DNA of 59,236 nt, filler included, from Sphacelaria rigidula (lineage: Eukaryota), in assembly GCA_964200075.2 (NCBI GenBank). It is 7 parts of 7 records of this genome, joined end to end, with 100 filler letters (N's around TTAATTAATTAA, not from the genome) between each part and the next. Parts side by side here need not be neighbours in the genome. Positions count along the whole stretch, not along the records: positions 50,862 to 59,236 come from CAXNAA020011336.1; 6 more parts are not named here. One strand, written 5' to 3'. The position numbers were made by a program, and so were the translations under genes. Below the pieces are notes generated by a model that was not told the DNA's origin, did no database searches, and was given only the letters and a program-made list of their open reading frames with translations. Of the stretch, positions 52,266 to 59,236 are shown one piece after another (positions within the stretch are counted from its first letter, which is position 1; every line of letters begins with the position of its first letter).

Positions 52266-52532
52266 ACTACCCAGCTTGAACGGTATGGCAGCCCTTGCCG
52301 CGTCGTTCTCGAGCTCAACGGGCACGCCACCACCGCTGCATGCGTCAAGCAGCACACCATTGAAATGGACCGTTCCGTGCGTCGGTCCTCAGCTTGGAGT
52401 GAGGGGAGGTGGGGGGCGTGATAATGGCGCTCTTTCTTTGTCGGCAGCCGCTATGTCGTCTACCGATGCGACGGTCGAGGCTCCCGTGGAAAAATTCAGG
52501 AAGGATTACCAAGCGCCAGGTCATTGGACAAG
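52266..52532 (+). CDS. pepN: M1 aminopeptidase N (PepN-like), first recognisable exon; 5' limit uncertain
   Basis: ..APVEKFRKDYQAPGHWT(R)|gt carries the PepN N-terminal R.DY..P motif; ends in phase 2. Confidence 0.75.
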
Positions 52533-54429
52533 GTCTGTCGAGGGCAGGAGGGGGGGGGATGGTGTGGAAGCAGGAACAAACATCCCGAGCATCAAATGTT
52601 GAAGATGGTTTACGTTCTAGGTCGCAGTACATGTAGAGATCAGAAAGCTAATCGGTTTTGGTGTGAACTTGACAACAAAATGATCTCCCTGGGAGGAGGA
52701 GTGTATGCCAAAAGGGTTAGGCGGAACATGAAATTTGGAGCAAAATTTCGCGTACAATATGCGTTATGTTCCTGAAATCCTCAGAAGTCTGCACGAAGTT
52801 TCGATTTCCGGGTGAGGTATCGTCAAAACAGGAAAATCTACGTTGAGAAGATTTTGTATTTTGGCGGACAAATGTTCGTGGGTGGATCGATTTTGCGCCG
52901 GACTCGGCGCTTGATCATGCAGCTTGAATCCGGCTTGACGGGTTTGACACAACAAATAGAACGCACGTAATAATAAAGATACTTCCATGTTAGGTGCTTC
53001 TAAATTTTGATGGCAAATCATTTTTTTCTTACCCTTTTTTATATGGCGAAGTGGGATGCGGAGCGTGAGAAAAGGATCATTTACTGAACGGCACTTTGGT
53101 ATGCTCAAAAAATGTTATTTTACATGCACGAGTGAGTGACTGTATTGTGCTCTTGAAATTATCCAGAGATTCACGTGACTACCTATACCTGAGGTCGTGT
53201 GTGCTGATAAATTCTAGGCTTCGTGCAGTAGCCCCACGAATGCTTGGATGATGTTTCTTTGTAGGCGTATATGGACTTCATGGAAATAGGGGGTTAGCAC
53301 GAAGTGCAAAAAAGTCGAGAGATTCAAGAGAACGGGCATGCGGTATTTTATTCTTGTAGTGGAGGGAGGAGGGGTGGGGGGTGAACGCCCTTTTCGTCTA
53401 TCCCTTACTATGCAGTATGCGCGAGAATCTTCATACCTGGATGATGACATGTTGCACGGATGGCACGATCATCACTGTACTGTTTCGTAGTGCGTCGTTG
53501 GTCTTGGCTGTTGCCACACAGATAATCATCACCTGCGGCATATGCATGACAACGGTCTTTTTTAGGGAGGCGCTCTCTAGTTTGTCGAGAAATGATTGCG
53601 AACACTCCCTCAAGTCCGTCTGTTCGGTCAAAATAATTAAATATGCATACATCACAAGAGGCGGTTTGTTTAGTTCCCGGTGTTTTGTGGTGCACCACTG
53701 GATCCACGTCGTCAGCCTGTCTGTTGGTGGGTATCCTGTCTGTGTCCAGTATGGCGTTTCTTATTTTTTTCAGTACGGATACTGTATGATTGAAAAAGAA
53801 GTCGAAGCTATCCGGAAAGGATTCGAGATAGCGATGAGCGTGGACGAAATAAATCGATGGGATACGGTATCCGATGTCTGCTGTAAAAAAATCGCGATGT
53901 CGATACGATATTGGGATATTCGCTTCCAAACTTTCCCAAAACGTCTAGAATCTAGAACCAATGTGGTTTTGCATCACATCGCACATATCTTATGTTGTAT
54001 CCCGCGATACATCGTGCGATATCACGTATTGCACCATAAATTGCGGGGTACACACAATATATCGCGGGACACAAAATACGATATATCCCGGATATTTAGG
54101 GGTAGATATTTTGAGATCCGGGTTACGATACCCGTCACTGATTCGATAGTGCGTGCGTAGCGTACATATTTTTTTACTATATTATATTGTTAGTATTTTA
54201 TTTTATTTTCATCATTTGTCGCCCTTTGAACGCTTCCCCTTCCTCGGGATGACTCCGTGGTCTCAAGGGATCAACCCAACTCTCCCCCGGTACACGCCTT
54301 GCATTGTTGTCTTCCGGGATGGATCATGACTATCAGCACTCCCGCACCGCGTCAACTGACGTCAAACGAACTCAGTCGACTACTTTGTTCACTCACGTTC
54401 TCACGCTTTCCACGGTGGAAATCAGAAAT

Positions 54430-54520
54430 GAAGAAAAAACTCGACGGATCTGGAATCGAACCCTCGTTCTCTCCACCCCAATGGCGACAATCGGATCATT
54501 ACACCACCGGGGTGCGGCGG
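54430..54520 (-). mobile_element. tRNA-like SINE head in pepN intron
   Basis: Minus strand: GGTGGTGTAATG A-box-like motif, GGTTCGATTCC B box, T run. Confidence 0.45.
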
Positions 54521-55052
54521 CATGTAACCAACCACAAAATACTGCATTGTGTTCTCCGTCTCTTGTGGATACTGACTCCACGATATACTGTATACGAGAT
54601 ACTGTACCAACGTGTGTTGTAATAGCAACTTGACTTAACAGCGTCCATGTACACACGAACGACCGCAACCTGGATACATCGTAGGCATCAATGGTTGTAT
54701 TCTTGGCGAGCCAAGTTTTCGATAACACCCGCTGGATGATGACAGTATTCGCAGATTACCTTGCAATCATCTACGTCTAAGACCACGGGTTCAAGAGATC
54801 GGGCGAATGTGCGGAAATATATACAAATGCATGTGCTCATGCAATCTCGGGCAGAAACTGAACGTCCTTTTTTTTTTCAAATAATGATACCGAAGAAAAT
54901 ATTTTTCGAGTGATGACATCGACACTATCGCTCATGTCCTAAGAAAAATTAGAATAGTTTATGGTAATGAATGATGGTGATAATGATAATGATGCTGATG
55001 ACGAATTATGCAACTAATCTTGAAAAGAACCCTTTTTTTTTACCGCAAACAG

Positions 55053-55224
55053 GCATATCACCCTCGATATCCACTTGGCGTCGCTTTCGACGGTGGTCGT
55101 CGCCGAATTAGACATGGAGCGCAGCAGTGACAAGCCGGGCGAGGACTTGTTCCTGGATGGAGAAGATCTTACCCTAGTACTTGCCTACATTAGAGAGCCT
55201 GACGGCGAAATGAGGACACTCGAG
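55053..55224 (+). CDS. pepN: Aminopeptidase N exon
   Basis: cag|g HITLDIHLASLSTVVVAEL..DLFLDGEDLTL..TLE|gt; phases match both neighbours. Confidence 0.85.
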
Positions 55225-56418
55225 GTGTGTAGAGGCGCGGAGGCGTTCTCCCATTGGGGGTGAGGGGCGGGGAGGGGGGGTTGTGCTCATGATCTTGCCT
55301 GCCATAGTCTTTTAAGACCGTTGACATCGCATCCCTACTGAGCCGGGACGGAGCACGCCGGGTCTTCGTCGGACCAGGCGCGCGATCACCAATCATCAAG
55401 CGCGAAGCCATGTGTGATGTGTGATGTGTTCGGCGAGTCGCGTGAAGGGTGACATGCATCCTGCTGAGATTTTTCTGCCCGAAGCGTACAGATTATGTTG
55501 CATATGGATGGCAGACCACAATTAGTTGCTTCATGCTATAGTATCGCGATTTCCAGAGGGAGCCACTGGTTACACACGGCCTCATGGGTGTTTGTCTCAC
55601 CATCAAACACCACGTAGTACGACCGTCCTCTCTGCGCGGAGTTCGGGTTCTCCACCCCGTACAAAATGATCTGACTCGATCACCATCACGGTTACCGCAA
55701 AAAAACGCAAGCTAAAAACAATGCTCAACAGGTTGCCTAGCTTACGCAGTTAGTGGCGTGTTTTACGACGTCGTCGCCAACCGACAACCCTTGAAGGGAG
55801 GCGGAAGAGGGAAAGGGGGGCACACCATCCAGGGGTATCCGCCTGATCCGCTACGCATCTAGATTTAGTCATGATATACACGTACGCGGAGAACATTACT
55901 GGAAACACTCGCCGATGAACACGATGGTAACTCGAGAAAGGAGAACGATGATGAGGAGAGAAAAAAAATGATGAAAAGCGATAAGAACGATACTCGTACG
56001 CGCATCAAAGCGCAAACCAGAAGGAGTACAGTTTGCATGCAGTACACGTACGTGCTGCACAGTAACCGCTTGTCTAGTTAACCGTTTGTTGTACGTAGCT
56101 AAGCTCGCGGCCTGTTCGCAAAGCGACGTGTCAGTCCAGGGGACAGCGAAAAGCCCGTGCTCTTCACGTCCCAGATATTGGGATGCGTTGTTGTTTTTCA
56201 TGTCTCACATTCGCCCTTTTCCGTGAATATAGCGCCCGTGGTCACAAAGCGCCTGTGTGTGGATAGTTGCGTGTTTCTTCATTATTTTTTATTGTTCGTC
56301 TCACATTCGCCCTTTTCCAGACATCTAGCACCCGCGCCCAGTGTGTATTTGTGTTTGTTCATTGCTTTATTTTTGTGTATTGTCGGGTCTTCTGTTCGTC
56401 TTTTGGTTGTTGTGACAG

Positions 56419-56489
56419 GAGGGTACTGACTTCACGTATAGTAAAGAGGGCATTCTAGTCAAGAACAGCGCCCTTCCAGTGGGGAACAA
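56419..56489 (+). CDS. pepN: Aminopeptidase N small exon
   Basis: cag|EGTDFTYSKEGILVKNSALPVGN(K)|gtgagt; supplies the required phase 0 to phase 2 bridge. Confidence 0.8.
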
Positions 56490-57505
56490 GTGAGTACAGT
56501 GTTCCGTTTGTTTGTTCGTTGTGTGTTCGTGTGTCTGTGTGTGCATGTGTTTGCTTTTGGAAAGTCTCGAGATCATTACGATTTAGTCCGACACTAATGG
56601 GAGCCGTTTAAATTTTATTTTTCAAAAAAATTCAACGGGTGGTAACAAGATCCACTCTCATCGAACAAAATCGTGATGATTTTTTTTAATGAAAGTGACC
56701 CCCAAAATTCTAAACAGCCCCTAAATTTTGGCCAAGCGCTGAGAATCGGGAGACGATTCTAAACGCTTGAGGACCTGATTAAAATTTGACACAAGATGAG
56801 ACATTCCATGTTTTACTGTACTATGAAGCATAACACAGACGGCTCTCATGTGCTCCACCTGTCACGGCACGGTCGTGTGTCTAGACCTTGCCAAAACTGT
56901 CCAGTCTCTGCTGGAATTACCCGAGCTGCTGTACTGCTATTGTGTTCCGAACAACTGCAGTCGGCAGGCAGTGCTGTCTCGTCGAAGTTGAAAATGCTCT
57001 ACAGTATGTGTTCGTTGAAAGTTGTTTATTTCACAACGATCAAGGTCCTTGGTGCGCAGATCCAGCATTTTTATCCTGTAGCTGACAGGTGGTGTGGTGC
57101 CCTGCAAATACGGTTTGATTGGCGCTGAGGATTGACTGAGCTGCTGTACTGTCGTTGTGTCCCAGTCGGTACATAATTCTAGACACTGCCGAAAGCGCCA
57201 CCGTCATGATGTGTAGGATGCGTTGTATTGTTTGTAAAACCAACAATACTATTCTTGCCCATATCCATCATTTCTATGCCGTAATTGTTGTACGGACTGT
57301 AGTTGGTTCGAATCCTACGGACACGGTTTGATCTGGAGATTTACTGAGATGCTGAACTGCCGCTGGTCCGGTCGGTACAGAACTTAGGTGGGAACAAAAT
57401 GCTGTCAACACAAAGTTGGAAAAGTCACATAATGGCTGTGCAGCCGCTATGTCTTGTTGGGGTGTAGTTGTACAGGTGCACAGCTCCTAGGTCAAGCCAA
57501 CTTCA

Positions 57506-57539
<34 letters not shown>

Positions 57540-57544
57540 TGAGG

Positions 57545-57640
57545 GCGTGTTTCAGTTTCGTTTTTCTTGGGGACGTCTATCATGAGATCACGCTGGACCC
57601 CTGGGGGATCAGTTAAAGTGCGACAATCAATCAATCAATC
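57545..57640 (+). mobile_element. (CAAT)n-tailed retroelement 3' end
   Basis: Homologous to 21572-21690 (minus). Confidence 0.65.
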
Positions 57641-57946
57641 ATATACATGTACAACAACTTAATGTCATGAAAGTGTGTTTTTTGGTCCCCGTTCAGAATC
57701 GCGACAGGCAAAAAAACGGCGATGTTTTTTTTTTTTTCTTCCCAACTTCTCTTTTTTCTTTTATTTTTCCCTCGATGCAGCTGTTTTCGTTTTTTTTAAA
57801 GTTTAGATCCCTTCCTTCGACTTATTGCCTTTATTCCGTTGTTTTTGTTCTCCAACTTTGGCCTTCCCTGATTATTTCTTCCCTTCGTGTGGGTGTCTAC
57901 TAATACTTCCTTTTTTTTCTTATTCTTCATCGTCATCCCGGAACAG

Positions 57947-58106
57947 ATACACATTCGGAACCCAGGTCCAGATTGCGCCGGAGGGAAACACACGCCTGTC
58001 GGGTTTGTACACCTCCGGAGGCATGTTTTGCACCCAGTGTGAGGCGGAAGGGTTCCGCCGCATAACCTTTGCGCAGGACCGTCCCGACGTCATGTCCACC
58101 TACACG
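57947..58106 (+). CDS. pepN: Aminopeptidase N exon
   Basis: [39 protein letters not shown]|gtaagt, hallmark PepN motif. Confidence 0.95.
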
Positions 58107-58204
58107 GTAAGTACCGTGTCTTCACAGGATAAGTGAAGGGCCCGAGAAAATATGCTTTTGCAAATAACGCCTTGTGATTGATCGCTGCTATACTTCCTCC
58201 CCGC

Positions 58205-59236
58205 CTCAGCATACATACCTTGGCGTAGAGATATCAAGAAACTGTTCTTGGGATGCACACACAGGAAGGATGGACGTGGTCCTAAGAGACCCGCACCTAG
58301 ACTCTAGGATTAAACGATGTATCCTGATGAACGTGATTGTACCCAAGCTGAAATATGCAGGAGAAGTATGGGAGGGGAACGTGAAGTTGGTGAAGAGGTT
58401 GGAAACAGTACAGATGGCAGCAGCTAAGGAGATACTTGGATGCTCGAAAACGACGAGTAATACAGCTTTGAGAGCAGAGTTGGAAATGTACTCGCTTGAA
58501 ACAAACAGAGACGTCAGGAATTGAGGTGGCAACATAGCTTGAAGAACATGCAAAGAAGGAAATTGCCAGCTATAGTTGATGGGGCTGTATAGAAGCAAAG
58601 TACGAAAGGGAATGCTGGAACAAGGTGGGATAGAGAAGTCGAGAAAGTATGGAAGGAGATAGGAGGAAATCAAGACGAAATACTGTCCATAGGTGAAGGT
58701 GCGGGGTAAAAGACAAGAGTAAAAGATATGATAAAAATAAGGGAGAAAGGAGCGCTCAGACGCAAAGTAGACGAAGAAGAACACCTGGAGATATATGGGG
58801 AGTTGAGAGAGGGGATCGGGATGAATACATGTCTGCATGGCCCAGTGGACGCGGCGAAAAATTGGAAACTGCGATTCCGGGTGGGGGACCTGCACCTGCC
58901 AGAAAGAAGGAAATATAGGAGTAGTCGTGTGGAGGAGGAAGGAGATGGACAGAACTGCCTCTGTGGCAAAGCAATAGAGAGCAGAAGTCATATAGTGGCA
59001 GAATGTGAACTATACAAGGAGGAATGAAACGTGCTAGAGGAGGAAATGCGGGACCTGAACGAAGGTGGCATGAAATCTTTTGACGCATTAGACAGTAGGG
59101 AGAAAACGATGGTTATACTAGGAGATAGATGGTGGCCACAGACGGCGAAACAGGACCGTGATAAGATATGTAAAAGGATTTCGTGTAATGTACGGAAGAA
59201 ACGTAATGAGCGCCGGAATGTTGGGGAGGTGTTTCT
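58205..59236 (+). mobile_element. 5'-truncated LINE (RT C-terminus and CCHC-type finger) in pepN intron
   Basis: YLGV..IVPKLKYAGEVW..LETVQ..ALRAEL; CLCGKAIESRSHIVAEC; several stops. Confidence 0.85.

Noticed and set aside
53381-54160. 259-aa ORF
   Set aside because: Lies within a pepN intron over repeat sequence, with no recognisable motifs

Overview
Repeat-rich eukaryotic DNA. The intron style, TTAGGG-type repeats and transposon families suggest a stramenopile, probably a brown alga; this is inference only. The window is not one locus: seven contigs of 8378, 8377, 8377, 8377, 8376, 8376 and 8375 bp are joined by identical 100-bp spacers (44 N + TTAATTAATTAA + 44 N), so nothing can be linked across spacers. 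Host genes, all partial and spliced: an EDR2_C/DUF1336-type gene (last 3 exons), an M1 aminopeptidase N (4 phase-compatible exons), one exon of a family-16 methyltransferase and a gene of unknown function. Mobile DNA dominates. It includes a two-LTR chromodomain Ty3/gypsy element with a 4-bp TSD, a deleted RT and two nested MITEs; further gypsy fragments from two families; LINE fragments; tRNA-derived SINEs; MITEs; tandem repeats and a long foldback. Best leads: (1) an LTR-like unit fused to a nearly complete antisense copy of mature, CCA-tailed tRNA-His, flanked by an 8-bp direct repeat; (2) a conserved Tudor/SH3-like domain after the chromo-like domain of a gypsy integrase, plus conserved peptide modules in that family's long 3' region; (3) a decayed tyrosine-recombinase-like motif; (4) MITEs carrying telomere repeats.
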